Shown: positions 37,323 to 53,053 of the stretch, piece after piece
Layout of the letters: the number at the start of each line of letters is the position of its first letter
Numbering within the stretch: position 1 is the first letter of the stretch
The notes under the pieces: generated by a model
What the model was told of the DNA's origin: nothing
The model's database searches: none
Seen by the model: only the letters and a program-made list of their open reading frames with translations
DNA from: Escherichia coli
GTDB taxonomy: Bacteria; Pseudomonadota; Gammaproteobacteria; Enterobacterales; Enterobacteriaceae
NCBI RefSeq assembly: GCF_013122565.1
Contig: NZ_CP053258.1
Length of the DNA stretch: 64,000 nucleotides
Reading direction: 5' to 3' (one strand)
Position numbers and translations under genes: made by a program

Positions 37323-38621
37323 TTAACTAAGCGTTTTCTGCCAGACAAAACTTACGCCATTCTCACCTTCAGCCACACCTTCTTGCGTCACAAATACCCC
37401 TGCCGCCGCAATCAGCGTTTCGCCATAAAACAGCAGTGGCGTGGTGTCACGTAGCCACGGCGGCACGCCCAGCTCTTGCCAGATTTTCTTTAACTTGCGC
37501 CCACCGTTGCGCCCGACAATATGCAGCAATCCTGGCGCTTTGAAACGCACGCTGACCGTTTCATCTGCACGCGGAGGGCGAATATCGCCTCCCGCTGTAA
37601 GCTGTACACTTCCCAGCCCCGCCGGTAATTCCAGCGGTTGTAGCCACGTCTGCCACGGCACAATGGTTTCGCTTTGCCCGGTGACGGATTTAATCCACCA
37701 CAGTTGCGACTGATAGCGGCGGATTTCAAACGCGCCCAAGCGTAAACAGGGGGAGGCATCTTCCCGCGCCAGCGCCACTTCCTGCCAGATCCGCACCAGC
37801 GCGTCGCGGGAAGGCATCGGTGCATTCTGCTCTGCCAGCCAGCGGCGGATAATTGCCGCGCGACGGGCATCACTCATCGCCAGCATTGGCGCAATCTGCA
37901 GCGTCCCCTGCGGCGTTTGGCAGTGCGCTAAATCATCTGCCAGCAATTCATCCAGCAGGCTCTCTTGTTCAGCACAAAGTGCGGCGCTGCGGGCCGTTGC
38001 TTCGGCAAAATGCGGCCAACGCTGCTGCAATAACGGCACTACGCGCAGGCGCAGGAAGTTACGATCGTATGAGTCGTCCTGATTACTTTCGTCTTCAATC
38101 CAGCGTAAACCATGCGCCAATGCCCACTGCTCCAGTTCCCCCCGCGTGCGGGCGAGCAACGGGCGGATAAGCCGTGTTCCGGCAAACTCCGAAACTTCCC
38201 CCATAGCCGAAAGCCCGGCAGGACCGCTACCGCGTTTTAGCGCCAGCAGAAAGGTTTCACATTGATCGTCGAGATGTTGCGCGGTGACCAGCACTTCACC
38301 GGGCAACAAGGTGCGGGCAAATGCCTGATAACGTGCCTGCCGCGCCTGGGCCTCAATCCCCAGCCCCTCTTGCGCAAGTTGTACGCGTTCGACCACCAGC
38401 GGCACCTGCCATTGTTGGCAGATGTTTTCGCAATGCATAACCCAGGCGTCGGCATTGGCACTTAAACCGTGATGCACATGAATAGCGCGCAGAGCAACGC
38501 CCGGATTTTCCGCCCGCCACTGCACCAACTGATGCAGCAGAACGGTGGAGTCAAGCCCGCCGCTAAAGGCCACCAGAATCTGGCGTGAGGTGAGAAGTTG
38601 TCTATTGAGCGTGAGTGTCAT
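37323..38621 (-). CDS. tilS: tRNA(Ile)-lysidine synthetase
   Basis: 432 aa; PP-loop motif SGGLDS. Confidence 0.95.
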   Translation of the reverse strand: MTLTLNRQLLTSRQILVAFSGGLDSTVLLHQLVQWRAENPGVALRAIHVHHGLSANADAWVMHCENICQQWQVPLVVERVQLAQEGLGIEAQARQARYQAFARTLLPGEVLVTAQHLDDQCETFLLALKRGSGPAGLSAMGEVSEFAGTRLIRPLLARTRGELEQWALAHGLRWIEDESNQDDSYDRNFLRLRVVPLLQQRWPHFAEATARSAALCAEQESLLDELLADDLAHCQTPQGTLQIAPMLAMSDARRAAIIRRWLAEQNAPMPSRDALVRIWQEVALAREDASPCLRLGAFEIRRYQSQLWWIKSVTGQSETIVPWQTWLQPLELPAGLGSVQLTAGGDIRPPRADETVSVRFKAPGLLHIVGRNGGRKLKKIWQELGVPPWLRDTTPLLFYGETLIAAAGVFVTQEGVAEGENGVSFVWQKTLS

Positions 38622-38685
38622 GATGGTGCGATTTTACAGTAGCAATGCCCGGCACGTTACCGGGCAAATGCGGCGATGACAAGCC

Positions 38686-39075
38686 TTACTGCTCATACAG
38701 TTCCAACGGCAGCCCGTCCGGATCGTTAAAGAACGTGAAGCGTTTTTGCGTGTATGGATCGACACGGATGGCTTCACACTTCACGTTATGGCTTTCAAGG
38801 TGCGCCACTGCCGCATCGATATCATCAACGCTAAAAGCCAGATGACGCAGGCCGCAAGCTTCCGGTCGGCTGGGGCGCTCCGGCGGGAACGGAAATGAGA
38901 AAAGCTCAATCACATATTGCCCATTAAGCGCCAAATCCCCTTTCCACGAGTCGCGCGCTTCGCGATAGACTTCGCTTTGCAGCGTGAAACCAAGAATATC
39001 GCAGTAGAAAGCTTTGCTCACCGCATAATCCGTCGCAATAATCGCAATATGGTGAACCTGTTTTAAACCCAGCAT
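38686..39075 (-). CDS. yaeR: Glyoxalase/VOC-family protein YaeR
   Basis: 129 aa from the internal ATG (MLGLKQVHHIAIIATDY…). Confidence 0.88.
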   Translation of the reverse strand: MLGLKQVHHIAIIATDYAVSKAFYCDILGFTLQSEVYREARDSWKGDLALNGQYVIELFSFPFPPERPSRPEACGLRHLAFSVDDIDAAVAHLESHNVKCEAIRVDPYTQKRFTFFNDPDGLPLELYEQ

Positions 39076-39131
39076 AACGTCTCCTTTATTTGTTAACAGC
39101 ACGTTACTCGCCCGGAAGCCGCTCTGGCAAG

Positions 39132-41273
39132 TTATCCCGCCATTTTTAGGACTCGTACGCGGTAAACGCCGTCTTCGTCCTGTTTCGCGCCGTGAATATC
39201 CGTTTCAAAACCGGGGTAATGTTGCCCCACTGAACAAAGCATTAGCAGAAAATCGAGTACTGTGCGGCTCTCTTTGGTCAGCATTTCTCCTGGCATCAGC
39301 AACGGTACGCCCGGTGGATAAGGCAGGATCATATTTGCCGATACTCTACCGACCAGTTGTTCCAGCGCAATGGTTTCTACTTCACCTTTAATCTGTCTCT
39401 GCCATGCCTGATGTGGCGTCATGATCATCTCCGGCAAAGTATCGAATGCCCGCAACATCAAACCGGGAAGATCGTGTTTACGAATCAGCTTATGGATCCC
39501 TTGCGCCAGATCCTGAATACGCATATTGCGGTAGAAATCGGGATCTTCAGCATAGAGATCGGGCAGCATATTTTTGATCCGCAGATTGAGATCGTAAGAG
39601 CGCTTAAATTCCGTCAACCCACGCAATAATCCCATTGCTTTGGTTTTATCGATGCCAATACTAAAGAGAAACAGCAGGTTATAAGGGCCGGTTTTCTCTA
39701 CTACGATCCCACGTTCGTCGAGGAATTTTGCCACCAGCGCCGCCGGGATCCCCTCCTCACTCATATTGCCCTGTTCGTCCATCCCCGGTGTCAAAATAGT
39801 GACTTTAACCGGATCGAGAAACATATGATCGGCATCCGCATCGTTAAAGCCGTGCCACTCTTCGCCAGGCGCAACGGGCCAGCATTCGGCTTCATCCACC
39901 TGCGGCGGTTGCCAGATATCGAAAAACCAACCGTCAGACTCTTCCCGCAGCCGCTGGACCTCTTTGCGAAAATGCAGCGCCCGCTCCACCGAACGGTTAA
40001 TCAGCCGTTTGCCCGGATTACCACGCAGCATCGCCGCCGCCGTCTCAACCGAAGCAACAATGGGATAACTGGGCGAGGTGGTGGTATGCATCATAAAGGC
40101 TTCGTTAAACGCCTCTTCGTCATACTCGCCTTTAATGTGGATCAGCGAAGCCTGCGATAACGCCGCCAGCATTTTGTGGGTAGATTGCGTTTCGAAGATC
40201 ACTTTTCCCGCAACACGCTCGCCGCTCATACCACTTTTACCCTGGTAGATCGGATGAAAATGGGTGTACGGCACCCAGGCAGAATCGAAGTGAATCGACG
40301 GGACATCCAGCGTCTGTTTGATCCAGTCGGTGTTGTAGAGCAAGCCATCATAGGTGGAGTTGGTAATCACCGCATGAACCGGCCATTGTGCTTGCGTGGT
40401 AGCAGCGACTTTCTCTTCGATGCTGTCACGAGTAAATTCACGGCGCGGGATCCCACCAAGAATCCCCAACGCATTACGCGTCGGTTTCAGCCAGACTGGC
40501 ACTACATCGTTCATCATCAACAGATGCGCCAGTGATTTATGGCAGTTGCGGTCGATCAACAGCGTACTGCCGGATGGCGCGGCGTACATACCCACAATTT
40601 TGTTCGACGTCGATGTTCCGTTGGTAACGATATAACTCTGTTCCGCGCCAAAAGTCCGCGCGATGTACTCTTCCGCTTCCAGATGTGGCCCGGTGTGGTC
40701 GAGCAACGAACCAAGCTCGGTGACCGAAATAGAGACATCAGCCTTAAGGGTATTCCCGCCGAAAAAATCATAAAACAGACAGCCAACCGGGCTTTTTTGA
40801 TATGCGGTGCCGCCCATATGACCCGGCGTACAAAAGGTGTACTTCCGCTCTTTGACGTAGGTAAACAAGGCTTTCGTGAACGGCGGTGTAATGTTATCAA
40901 GATATTCGTCGGTGTACTGACGCATACGAATGGCGATATCTTCCGCCTGCCCAAGCGCATATTCAAAAAACCAGAGCGCCATCCGCATATCCTGCACGCT
41001 GACATCCATCGTCGAGTGGGTGTTGATGAAGGCATAAAGCGGGAGATATTCATTAAGTTGATTGATATCGCTACATAAATCGAGACTGTACTCATCCCAG
41101 TCAAAAATCACGCCGCAAATTCGAGGGTTATGTTCGATAAATTTAAGCAAATCAACGCTGTTTTGTGGCCAGATAATCTGAAAGCCTTGCGCCACCAGCG
41201 CCGACTCCAGTTCTTTGATGGGCTCATCTTTATAAAAGACGCCATGCGGTCCCATAATGGCAATGATGTTCAT
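39132..41273 (-). CDS. ldcC: Lysine decarboxylase (constitutive)
   Basis: 713 aa; PLP-dependent decarboxylase; position adjacent to accA. Confidence 0.93.
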   Translation of the reverse strand: MNIIAIMGPHGVFYKDEPIKELESALVAQGFQIIWPQNSVDLLKFIEHNPRICGVIFDWDEYSLDLCSDINQLNEYLPLYAFINTHSTMDVSVQDMRMALWFFEYALGQAEDIAIRMRQYTDEYLDNITPPFTKALFTYVKERKYTFCTPGHMGGTAYQKSPVGCLFYDFFGGNTLKADVSISVTELGSLLDHTGPHLEAEEYIARTFGAEQSYIVTNGTSTSNKIVGMYAAPSGSTLLIDRNCHKSLAHLLMMNDVVPVWLKPTRNALGILGGIPRREFTRDSIEEKVAATTQAQWPVHAVITNSTYDGLLYNTDWIKQTLDVPSIHFDSAWVPYTHFHPIYQGKSGMSGERVAGKVIFETQSTHKMLAALSQASLIHIKGEYDEEAFNEAFMMHTTTSPSYPIVASVETAAAMLRGNPGKRLINRSVERALHFRKEVQRLREESDGWFFDIWQPPQVDEAECWPVAPGEEWHGFNDADADHMFLDPVKVTILTPGMDEQGNMSEEGIPAALVAKFLDERGIVVEKTGPYNLLFLFSIGIDKTKAMGLLRGLTEFKRSYDLNLRIKNMLPDLYAEDPDFYRNMRIQDLAQGIHKLIRKHDLPGLMLRAFDTLPEMIMTPHQAWQRQIKGEVETIALEQLVGRVSANMILPYPPGVPLLMPGEMLTKESRTVLDFLLMLCSVGQHYPGFETDIHGAKQDEDGVYRVRVLKMAG

Positions 41274-41371
41274 GTGTTCCTCCTGGAAAATCCTTCCTTA
41301 ATCATAGCCTGCTCAAACCGTGGCGATAAAAAAGGGCCACCGAAGTGACCCTTTTTCAGAACTTTTGCGGA

Positions 41372-42331
41372 TTACGCGTAACCGTAGCTCATCAGGCGCT
41401 GATAACGACGATTTTTTAAATCTTCAGTGCTTAACACGTCGAGATCGGCCAGATCCGCCAGCAGTTGCGCTTTCAACGATGCCGCCATCGCTTCCGGGTT
41501 ACGGTGAGCGCCACCCAGCGGTTCCGGGATGATGGAGTCGATCAGTTTCAGCTCTTTCAGACGCGGAGCGATGATACCCATCGCTTCAGCCGCCAGCGGC
41601 GCTTTGTCGGCGCTCTTCCACAGAATGGACGCACAACCTTCCGGCGAGATAACGGAATAGGTGCTGTATTGCAGCATATTCACTTTATCGCCCACGCCAA
41701 TCGCCAGCGCGCCGCCAGAACCACCTTCACCGATAACGGTACAAATAGTCGGTACGCTAAGGCGAGACATTTCACGCAGGTTGCGTGCAATGGCTTCAGA
41801 CTGACCGCGCTCTTCTGCGCCCACGCCCGGATAAGCCCCCGGGGTGTCGATAAAGGTGATGATTGGCATCTTAAAGCGTTCAGCCATTTGCATCAGACGC
41901 AGTGCTTTGCGGTAACCTTCTGGCGCTGGCATACCAAAGTTACGGCGAATTTTTTCTTTGGTTTCACGACCTTTTTGATGACCAATGATCATCACCGGAC
42001 GACCATCGAGACGGGCGATACCACCGACGATAGCTTTATCGTCTGCATACGCGCGGTCGCCAGCCAGTTCGTCAAATTCATCAAATGCCAGGCGAACGTA
42101 ATCCAGGGTATAAGGACGCTGTGGATGGCGTGCCAGTTGCGCAATCTGCCATGCACCGAGATCGGCGAAGATTTTACGCGTCAGTTCTACGCTTTTTTCA
42201 CGCAGACGATGCACTTCTTCATCGATGTTAATATCCAGTTTCTCATCCTGACGGCTAACCGCAGTCAGAGAATCGATTTTCGCTTCCAGCTCTGCAATCG
42301 GCTGTTCAAAATCAAGGAAATTCAGACTCAT
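41372..42331 (-). CDS. accA: Acetyl-CoA carboxylase carboxyltransferase alpha subunit
   Basis: 319 aa ([22 protein letters not shown]…). Confidence 0.97.
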
Positions 42332-42343
42332 AGTATTCCTGTA

Positions 42344-45300
42344 TTAGTCAAACTCCAGTTCCACCTGCTCCGAACCAATGAGGCCACGGAGATCGTTTAA
42401 TAAACGATCGCTCGGAGAGACACGCCACGTCGCGCCAAAACGCAACCGCGCGCGTGCATCCGCCCTCTGATAGTAGAGATGTACTGGAATTGTCCCAGAG
42501 CGGTGGGGTTCCAGAGACTGACGGAGTCGGTTTAAAAGCTGGTCATCAATTTGCCTGTCCGTCAGCGAGATAGCAAGCCCGCGAGCATATTTTTCCCGGG
42601 CTTCGTCAATATCCATCACTTCGCGAGCGGTCATTTTAAGCCCACCGCTGAAGTCATCAAAGCTGACCTGTCCGCTGACGATAAGTATGCGGTCTTTTTC
42701 CAGCAATTGCTGGTATTTATCCAGGGCGTCAGTAAACAACATCACTTCCAGCCGCCCGGAACGGTCATCCAGCGTGCAGATACCGATACGATTGCCGCGC
42801 TTGGTGACCATAACCCGCGCGGCAACAACGAGCCCCGCAGCCGTGATGACTTTACCACGTTCTGTCGGGTGCATGTCTTTCAGCCTTACGCCTCCGACAT
42901 AACGCTCAATCTCTTTTAAATACTGGTTGATAGGGTGTCCGGTCAGGTACAGGCCTAACGTTTCACGTTCCCCATCTAATACCACCTGCTCCGGCCACGG
43001 TTGGCAGCTGGCGTAGGATTGTTCAATTTGTTCCGGTTCTTCGGCCAGCACGCCGAACATATCGGCCTGACCGATAGCTTCCGCTTTCGCGTGTTGATCT
43101 GCCGCTTTTAACGCATCACCCAGCGAGTTCATCAGCGCCGCGCGGTGTGGCCCAAGACGGTCAAACGCCCCGGACATGATCAGTTTTTCCAGCACCCGCC
43201 GGTTTAACTTTTTGGTATCGGTTCGGGCGCAGAGATCAAACAGTTCGCGGAAGTAGCCGCCTTTATTACGGGCTTCGATGATCGCCTCAATCGGACCTTC
43301 ACCGACCCCTTTGATCGCGCCAATACCATACACGATTTCGCCGTCGTCGTTGACGTGGAAATGGTAAAGACCGGAGTTTATATCTGGTGGCAGGATTTTC
43401 AGCCCCATCCGCCAGCACTCATCCACCAGGCCCACCACCTTCTCGGTATTGTCCATATCGGCGGTCATTACCGCCGCCATAAACTCCGCCGGATAGTGCG
43501 CTTTCAGCCATAACGTTTGATATGACACCAAAGCATAGGCCGCAGAGTGCGATTTGTTAAATCCGTAACCAGCGAATTTCTCCACCAGGTCGAAGATTTT
43601 CATCGCCAGTTCGGCGTTGATTCCGTTCTTTTCTGCACCTTCAGCAAATACAGAACGCTGCTTAGCCATCTCTTCCGGCTTTTTCTTACCCATCGCACGG
43701 CGCAGCATATCCGCGCCACCGAGGGTATAACCAGAAAGCACCTGGGCAATCTGCATGACCTGTTCCTGATACAGGATGATGCCGTAGGTTGGCTCCAGTA
43801 CCGGTTTCAGGCTTTCATGCTGCCACTGTACGTCCGGATAGGAGATCTCTTCGCGACCATGTTTACGGTCGATAAAGTTATCCACCATTCCTGATTGCAA
43901 CGGACCAGGGCGGAACAATGCCACCAGTGCGATCATATCTTCGAAGCAGTCAGGTTGCAGACGCTTGATCAGGTCCTTCATGCCGCGCGATTCAAGCTGG
44001 AATACCGCCGTGGTTTCCGAGCGTTGCAGCATGTCGAAGCTTTTCTTGTCATCCAGCGGGATCGCGGCGATATCCAGCGGCGGCTCGCCATTCTTCGCCC
44101 GCCGCTTGTTGATCATCTCCAGCGCCCAGTTGATGATGGTGAGCGTACGCAAACCAAGGAAGTCGAACTTCACCAGTCCGGCGTATTCAACGTCGCTTTT
44201 ATCAAACTGGGTGACCGGATGTTTGCCCTCTTCATCGCAGTAAAGCGGCGCAAAATCGGTAATTTTGGTCGGCGCGATAACCACCCCACCGGCGTGCTTA
44301 CCGGCGTTACGGGTGACCCCTTCCAGTTTGCGCGCCATGTCGATCAGCGCCTTAACTTCTTCATCCGCTTCGTAGATTTCCGGCAGCTGCGGCTCGGCTT
44401 CAAACGCTTTCGCCAGCGTCATCCCCGGATCGGGCGGGATCAGTTTCGAGATACGATCGACAAAGCCGTACGGATGCCCCAGCACGCGGCCTACGTCGCG
44501 GATCACCGCTTTCGCCGCCATCGTACCGAAGGTGATGATCTGCGATACCGCATCACGACCGTACATGTCCGCCACGTGTTCGATAACCTGATCGCGTTTC
44601 TCCATACAGAAGTCAACGTCGAAGTCAGGCATGGAGACACGTTCCGGGTTAAGGAAACGTTCGAACAGCAGGTCAAATTCCAGCGGATCGAGGTCAGTGA
44701 TTTTCAGCGCGTAGGCCACCAGTGAACCCGCACCGGAGCCACGGCCTGGCCCTACCGGTACGCCGTTATCTTTCGACCACTGGATAAATTCCATAACGAT
44801 GAGGAAGTAGCCCGGGAAGCCCATCTGGTTGATAACCTGAAGTTCAGTCTCCAGACGTTCGTCATATTCCGGGCGGCGCTTCAGACGTTCTTCCTCGTCA
44901 GGGAATAAAAAGGCCAGACGCTCTTCCAGGCCCTCTTTTGCACGCTTGACCAGATAATCTTCGGTGCTCATGTCCCCGGTCGGGAACTGCGGCAGGAAGT
45001 ATTCACCAAGACGCACGGTTACGTTACAGCGTTTGGCGATCTCAACGGTGTTGGCAAGGGCTTCGGGGATGTCGGCAAACAGCTCACACATCTCCTCTTC
45101 GCTACGCATATATTGCTGCGGCGAATAGTTACGCGGGCGTTTAGGATCGTCGAGGGTAAAGCCGTCGTGGATCGCGACGCGGATTTCGTGTGCGTCAAAG
45201 TCGCTGCTGTCGATAAAGCGCACATCATTGGTCGCCACGACGGGCAAACCGCGCGCTTCCGCCAGTTCCACCGCCGCGTGCAGATAGCTTTCTTCGTCCG

Positions 45301-45826
45301 GCCTGCCGGTGCGGATCAGCTCGAGAAAATAGCGATCCGGGAAGTGTTCTTCATAAAACGCGACACACTCATCTACCAGCGCGCTGTTACCACGCAAAAG
45401 ACTGCGTCCGACGTCGCCCATGCGCCCGCCGGAAAGAAGGATCAACCCTTCGTTTAATTCGATAAGCCAGTCGCGATCGATGATCGGCCCGGCGGCACCG
45501 TACCCGCGCTGATACGCTTTTGAGATCAGCAACGTCAGATTCTGATAGCCGGTATTGTTCGCCGCCAGTACCGTCAGGTGGGTTAACTCATCACCCAGCA
45601 GGTCGCACTGGACGTTAAAATCTGCCCCGACGATAGGCTTAATCCCTGCGCCATGTCCCGCTCCGTAGAACTTCACCAGACCGCAAAGGTTGGTGAAATC
45701 GGTGATCGCCAGTGCTGGCATACCCAACGCCGCCGCCTTTTTTACCAGCGGTGCGGTTTTGGCCAGGCCATCGATCATCGAGTAGTCGCTGTGCACCCGC
45801 AGGTGTACGAAACGTGGTTCAGACAT
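42344..45826 (-). CDS. dnaE: DNA polymerase III alpha subunit
   Basis: 1160 aa ([23 protein letters not shown]…) PHP domain N-terminus. Confidence 0.97.
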   Translation of the reverse strand: MSEPRFVHLRVHSDYSMIDGLAKTAPLVKKAAALGMPALAITDFTNLCGLVKFYGAGHGAGIKPIVGADFNVQCDLLGDELTHLTVLAANNTGYQNLTLLISKAYQRGYGAAGPIIDRDWLIELNEGLILLSGGRMGDVGRSLLRGNSALVDECVAFYEEHFPDRYFLELIRTGRPDEESYLHAAVELAEARGLPVVATNDVRFIDSSDFDAHEIRVAIHDGFTLDDPKRPRNYSPQQYMRSEEEMCELFADIPEALANTVEIAKRCNVTVRLGEYFLPQFPTGDMSTEDYLVKRAKEGLEERLAFLFPDEEERLKRRPEYDERLETELQVINQMGFPGYFLIVMEFIQWSKDNGVPVGPGRGSGAGSLVAYALKITDLDPLEFDLLFERFLNPERVSMPDFDVDFCMEKRDQVIEHVADMYGRDAVSQIITFGTMAAKAVIRDVGRVLGHPYGFVDRISKLIPPDPGMTLAKAFEAEPQLPEIYEADEEVKALIDMARKLEGVTRNAGKHAGGVVIAPTKITDFAPLYCDEEGKHPVTQFDKSDVEYAGLVKFDFLGLRTLTIINWALEMINKRRAKNGEPPLDIAAIPLDDKKSFDMLQRSETTAVFQLESRGMKDLIKRLQPDCFEDMIALVALFRPGPLQSGMVDNFIDRKHGREEISYPDVQWQHESLKPVLEPTYGIILYQEQVMQIAQVLSGYTLGGADMLRRAMGKKKPEEMAKQRSVFAEGAEKNGINAELAMKIFDLVEKFAGYGFNKSHSAAYALVSYQTLWLKAHYPAEFMAAVMTADMDNTEKVVGLVDECWRMGLKILPPDINSGLYHFHVNDDGEIVYGIGAIKGVGEGPIEAIIEARNKGGYFRELFDLCARTDTKKLNRRVLEKLIMSGAFDRLGPHRAALMNSLGDALKAADQHAKAEAIGQADMFGVLAEEPEQIEQSYASCQPWPEQVVLDGERETLGLYLTGHPINQYLKEIERYVGGVRLKDMHPTERGKVITAAGLVVAARVMVTKRGNRIGICTLDDRSGRLEVMLFTDALDKYQQLLEKDRILIVSGQVSFDDFSGGLKMTAREVMDIDEAREKYARGLAISLTDRQIDDQLLNRLRQSLEPHRSGTIPVHLYYQRADARARLRFGATWRVSPSDRLLNDLRGLIGSEQVELEFD

Positions 45827-45862
45827 CTTCAGATTCCGGTTTACTTAATCTCGACACAAGAA

Positions 45863-46459
45863 TCAGGACGCAAGTCCCAGTGCGCGTTTGACAGGCCCAA
45901 AGCTGCGACGATGATGTTCAGTCGCGCCATATTCAGCCAGTTTTTCCAGATGAAAAGCGGTTGGATACCCTTTGTGTTGGGCAAAACCATATTGCGGGAA
46001 AACAATATCCAGCGCCGCCATTTCGGCGTCACGCGTCACTTTCGCCAGGATAGAAGCGGCACTGATTTCCGGTACGCGGCTATCGCCTTTCACCACAGCC
46101 ATCGCAGGCATCGGTAATTTCGGGCAGCGGTTACCATCAATCAACACATATTCCGGCGCAATATGCAGCCCAGCGACGGCACGCTGCATCGCCAGCATGG
46201 TCGCATGTAAAATATTCAGTTCGTCGATTTCGTGAGGTTCCGCGCGGCCCAGACTCCAGCTCAACGCTTTCTCTTTGATCTCTTCACAGAGCGCCAGACG
46301 GCGTTTTTCGCTCAGCTTTTTGGAATCATTCAGCCCGGCAATCGGGCGCGCCGGGTCGAGGATCACCGCAGCGGTGACGACCGCGCCAACTAACGGCCCG
46401 CGTCCGACTTCATCCACACCCGCAACCAGGTGCGTGTGCGGATAAACAAATTCGATCAT
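45863..46459 (-). CDS. rnhB: Ribonuclease HII
   Basis: 198 aa (…[16 protein letters not shown]…). Confidence 0.95.
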   Translation of the reverse strand: MIEFVYPHTHLVAGVDEVGRGPLVGAVVTAAVILDPARPIAGLNDSKKLSEKRRLALCEEIKEKALSWSLGRAEPHEIDELNILHATMLAMQRAVAGLHIAPEYVLIDGNRCPKLPMPAMAVVKGDSRVPEISAASILAKVTRDAEMAALDIVFPQYGFAQHKGYPTAFHLEKLAEYGATEHHRRSFGPVKRALGLAS

Positions 46460-47604
46460 TGTGCTAACTCCAGAACGGCTTGTGCCGCCTGCTCATCGGC
46501 ATTGCAGCGGATCTGCTGATGCAGTTCACGGAAGGTATCGTGCATCGCGTGGCTGGTTTTCCCGTTCGCCAACAGCGGTAACAGCGCCGCAGCCAGTTTT
46601 TGCGGCTCACACTCTTCCTGCAATAATTCTTTGACTAACTCTCTGCCCGCCAGCAGGTTTGGCAGCGAGACATAATCAGTTTTCACCAGTCGCTTCGCCA
46701 GCCAGAAGGTGAAAGGCTTCATGCGATATCCCACCACCATCGGGCATTTCGCCAGCATACATTCCAGTGCTGCCGTACCCGACGCCAGTAGCGCCGCATC
46801 GCTGGCGACCATCGCCTCACGGCCCATCCCATCCAGCAAATGAACCGACAGGTCTGGCGCAACTTCAGCTTTGATGCGTTCAAACTGCTCGCGGCGTTTG
46901 GCATTCACCAGCGGCACCACGATTTCGAGATCCGGATATGTCTGGCGCAAAAGCTGGGCCGTTTTCAGGAAATCGGCACTAAGCATTTCGACTTCTGCAC
47001 CACGGCTGCCCGGCAACAATGCCAGGCAGTGGGCATCGTGAGGGATCCCCAGCACATCACGGGCGGCATTTTTATCTGGATCTAATGGCATGGCATCAGC
47101 CATGGTATGACCGATAAAGCGGCACGGTACGTTATATTTGTCATAAAACGCTTTTTCGAAAGGCAGAAATGCGAGCACCAGGTCGGTGGCTCTGCCTATT
47201 TTGAAAACACGTTTCTGTCGCCACGCCCAGACTGACGGACTGACGTAATGAATGGTTTTGATACCCTGCTTTTTGAGGTTACCTTCAAGAGTAATATTGA
47301 AGTCAGGCGCATCAATGCCGACAAAAACATCTGGCTTCAGTTCGCCAAAACGCTTTGTCAGATCGGCACGAATATGCAATAAGCGACGCAGACGACCGAG
47401 CACTTCAACAATGCCCATCACTGCCAGTTCTTCCATTTCGTACCAGGCTTCGCAGCCTTCAGCCTGCATTCGTGGCCCGGCAACACCAACAAAGCGGGCG
47501 TTGGGCACACGTTCTTTCAGAGCGCGGATTAAACCGGCCCCCAGGATATCGCCGGAGGTTTCTCCGGCGACCAGGGCAATCGTTAATGGACGCTGTTCAG
47601 TCAT
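46456..47604 (-). CDS. lpxB: Lipid-A-disaccharide synthase
   Basis: 382 aa; overlaps rnhB and lpxA. Confidence 0.95.
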   Translation of the reverse strand: MTEQRPLTIALVAGETSGDILGAGLIRALKERVPNARFVGVAGPRMQAEGCEAWYEMEELAVMGIVEVLGRLRRLLHIRADLTKRFGELKPDVFVGIDAPDFNITLEGNLKKQGIKTIHYVSPSVWAWRQKRVFKIGRATDLVLAFLPFEKAFYDKYNVPCRFIGHTMADAMPLDPDKNAARDVLGIPHDAHCLALLPGSRGAEVEMLSADFLKTAQLLRQTYPDLEIVVPLVNAKRREQFERIKAEVAPDLSVHLLDGMGREAMVASDAALLASGTAALECMLAKCPMVVGYRMKPFTFWLAKRLVKTDYVSLPNLLAGRELVKELLQEECEPQKLAAALLPLLANGKTSHAMHDTFRELHQQIRCNADEQAAQAVLELAQ

Positions 47605-48392
47605 TAACGAATCAGACCGCGCGTTGAGCGTGCAAAGAAATCGGTAAAGGCTTTCACTTCCGGATATGTTTCCGCCAGTTCAGCAATTTCCGGTTTCACT
47701 TCATCGAGCGTTTTACCGCTACGATAAATCAGCTTATACGCATTGCGGATAGCGGTAATCGCCTCACGGCTGAATCCGCGGCGCTTCAGCCCTTCGATAT
47801 TGACACCGAACGGCGTTGCGTGGTTACCCTGCGCAATGACATAAGGAGGGACGTCCTGCGCCACACCGGAGCAGCCGCCAACCATCACATGCGCACCAAT
47901 GATGCAGAACTGATGGACTGCGGTCATGCCGCCGATGATCGCGAAGTCGTCAACCGATACGTGACCCGCCAGCGTTGCGTTGTTGGCGAGAATACAGCGG
48001 TTACCTACCGTACAATCGTGCGCAATGTGCGCGTTGATCATCAGTAAGTTGTCGCTGCCCACCTTCGTCAATCCACCGCCCTGGACTGTGCCACGATGAA
48101 TGGTGACGCTTTCGCGAATGCGGTTACGATCGCCGATTTCCACGCGGGTCGGTTCGCCAGCATATTTCAGATCCTGGTTAACTTCGCCGATGGAGGCGAA
48201 CTGATAAATCTCATTATCGCGGCCAATTTTAGTATGACCATTCACGACAACGTGAGATTTCAGTACGGTACCCTCACCAATTTCGACATGGGGTCCAACG
48301 ATACAAAAAGGACCAATGTGAGCGTTCGCGCCAATCGACGCGCCCTCTTCCACAATGGCGGTTGGATGCACAAAGGCGGATTTATCAATCAC
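47604..48392 (-). CDS. lpxA: UDP-N-acetylglucosamine acyltransferase
   Basis: 262 aa; hexapeptide-repeat left-handed beta-helix protein. Confidence 0.95.
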
Positions 48393-48395
48393 GTA

Positions 48396-48851
48396 TCAGG
48401 CCTCCCGGCTACGAGCACACATCATCGTTGCTTCGCAAACTACTTTACCGTCGACCAGAGCAACCCCTTTAAAACGGGTCAGGCCGCGGCGCGTTTTTTC
48501 GAAAGTGACTTCCATGATCATTTGATCGCCAGGCACGACCGGGCGCTTGAAGCGCGCTTCGTCAATACCAGCGAAATAGTACAGCTCACCCGGTTCCAGT
48601 TTTCCTACGCTTTTAAACGCCAGAATACCTGTTGCCTGTGCCATTGCTTCCAGAATCAGCACACCCGGGAAAATCGGTTTTCCAGGGAAATGGCCCTGAA
48701 AGAATGGCTCATTGACAGAGACATTTTTTACTGCGCGCAGAAAACGACCTTCTTCAAAATCCAGCACGCGATCCACCAGTAAGAACGGGAAACGGTGCGG
48801 CAGAAGTTCTAAAATCTCTTCAATCTGCAGAGTATGAGTGTTAGTAGTCAA
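48396..48851 (-). CDS. fabZ: 3-hydroxyacyl-ACP dehydratase FabZ
   Basis: 151 aa from TTG start ([27 protein letters not shown]…); longer in-frame ORF upstream is not used. Confidence 0.9.
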
Positions 48852-48955
48852 GATACTCTTCCTGTCAAAATATAAGAAACGACAATAATAACACGGCCTG
48901 CCGCAATCGTAAGAATGAGACAGGCCGTAAAGTTTGGCGAACAAAAGATGGAACG

Positions 48956-49981
48956 TTAGTCTTGTTGATTAACCTTGCGCTCAAGCGATTTCAGACGCTT
49001 GCTCATGTCATCAATGTTCATCACCAGTGCAGCGGTTTTGCGCCAGACTTTGTTGGGTTGCAGCGGAATGCCTGAGGAATAGACGCCTGGTTCAGTGATG
49101 GGACGCATCACCATACCCATGCCCGTAACCGTCACTTTGTCGCATATTTCCATATGCCCGTTGATTACGCTGGCTCCGCCGATCATGCAGTAACGACCAA
49201 TTTTCAGGCTGCCCGCCATAATGACGCCACCGGCAACCGCCGTATTGTCGCCAATCACGACGTTATGTGCAATCTGGCACTGGTTATCAATGATCACGCC
49301 ATTGCCAATAACAGTGTCATCCAGCGCGCCGCGATCGATGGTAGTGCAGGCACCGATCTCCACGCGATCGCCAATAATTACGCGACCAATCTGTGGGATC
49401 TTCACCCAGTTACCACGATCGTTGGCATAACCAAAGCCGTCTGCGCCTACCACTGTTCCGGACTGGATCAGGCAATTCTGACCGATCTGGATCTCATGGT
49501 AAATGGTTACGTTCGCCCAAAGACGCGAACCTGCACCGATTTTGCTGTTTTTACCTACGAAGCAACCGGCACCGATAATCACGTTATCGCCCAGTTCAAC
49601 GCCGGACTCAATCACCGCGTTAGCGCCAATCGATACGTTGTTACCCAGCTTCGCCGTCGCGTCGATCACTGCACTGGGTGCAATGTTCTGCGCGGGCTGC
49701 GGCGTGGTATCTAAAATTTGCGCCATGCGCGCGTAAGTCAGGTAGGGATTCTTCACTACCAGCGCGGCACTTTTCGCGAAAGGAAGATCGTCCTGGGTCA
49801 TGACAACCGCGGACGCCTGGCACAAGCCTAAATGCTCACGGTATTTTGGGTTAACCATGAACGTAATGTGACCTGTTTGTGCAGATTGCATGGACGCAAC
49901 GCCGGTGATGACGATATCGCCATCACCGTGTAGTTCTGCATCCAACTGCTGCGCTAAATCAGCCAGTCGAATTGAAGGCAT
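48956..49981 (-). CDS. lpxD: UDP-3-O-(3-hydroxymyristoyl)glucosamine N-acyltransferase
   Basis: 341 aa hexapeptide-repeat protein. Confidence 0.95.
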
Positions 49982-49984
49982 TAC

Positions 49985-50470
49985 TTATTTAACCTGTTTC
50001 AGTACGTCGGCAGTGATGTCTTTTACATCGCTGCTGTTGTAAGCAACGGCGTTTGCATCAACAACCAGATCGATATCCTGGCTGTTGGCAACGGATTTCA
50101 CAGCAGTCTGGATACGAGTAACCAGTTTACCGCGTTCTTCGTTGGAACGACGTGCGCGATCCTGCTCAAAAGCCTGCGCTTTCTGAGCAAAAGTCTGGCG
50201 CTGAGCCATCACGTCTTTTTCCAGCTTAGTGCGATCGCTGCCCGCTTTCATGGACTGCAGCTTTTTCATTTTAGCCTGCAGATCGGTTTCCATACGCTGC
50301 AGTTCGCTGGCACGGCCTTTGAACTCATTTTCCAGCGTGTTAGAAACACCGGTTTTCTGCGCTACCTGCTGGAACAGGCTGCCCATGTTGACGATTGCAA
50401 TTTTGTCAGCCGCCTGAGCAGAAGTTGCCAGTGCTAAACCGAGACCTGCCGCTAATAACCACTTTTTCAC
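49985..50470 (-). CDS. skp: Periplasmic chaperone Skp (OmpH)
   Basis: 161 aa with signal peptide. Confidence 0.95.
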   Translation of the reverse strand: MKKWLLAAGLGLALATSAQAADKIAIVNMGSLFQQVAQKTGVSNTLENEFKGRASELQRMETDLQAKMKKLQSMKAGSDRTKLEKDVMAQRQTFAQKAQAFEQDRARRSNEERGKLVTRIQTAVKSVANSQDIDLVVDANAVAYNSSDVKDITADVLKQVK

Positions 50471-50591
50471 AATAAACTCCTTACCATCCCATTTGCACCG
50501 GAGGGTGCAGTTCTTTGCGTGGCCCGGCGATCTTATATTGATCGCCTAAAGTCATCGCTACACTACCACTACATTCCTTTGTGGAGAACAC

Positions 50592-53042
<2,451 letters not shown>

Positions 53043-53053
53043 CTAACTAACTC

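Noticed and set aside
41465-42400. 311-aa plus-strand ORF antisense to accA
   Set aside because: Entirely overlaps accA on the opposite strand; composition looks like a mirror-frame artefact
43547-46235. Several 80-280 aa plus-strand ORFs inside dnaE and rnhB
   Set aside because: Antisense to well-recognised essential genes; Arg/His-rich translations typical of reverse frames in GC-rich coding sequence
48852-48944. Upstream in-frame extension of fabZ (ORF track gives 182 aa)
   Set aside because: The recognised FabZ N-terminus begins at the TTG codon at 48849-48851; the extension has no conserved sequence and would overlap the lpxD-fabZ junction
48096-49736. Plus-strand ORFs (228 aa, 186 aa and smaller) inside lpxA, fabZ and lpxD
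   Set aside because: Antisense to the hexapeptide-repeat genes, whose repeat structure generates long open frames on the opposite strand
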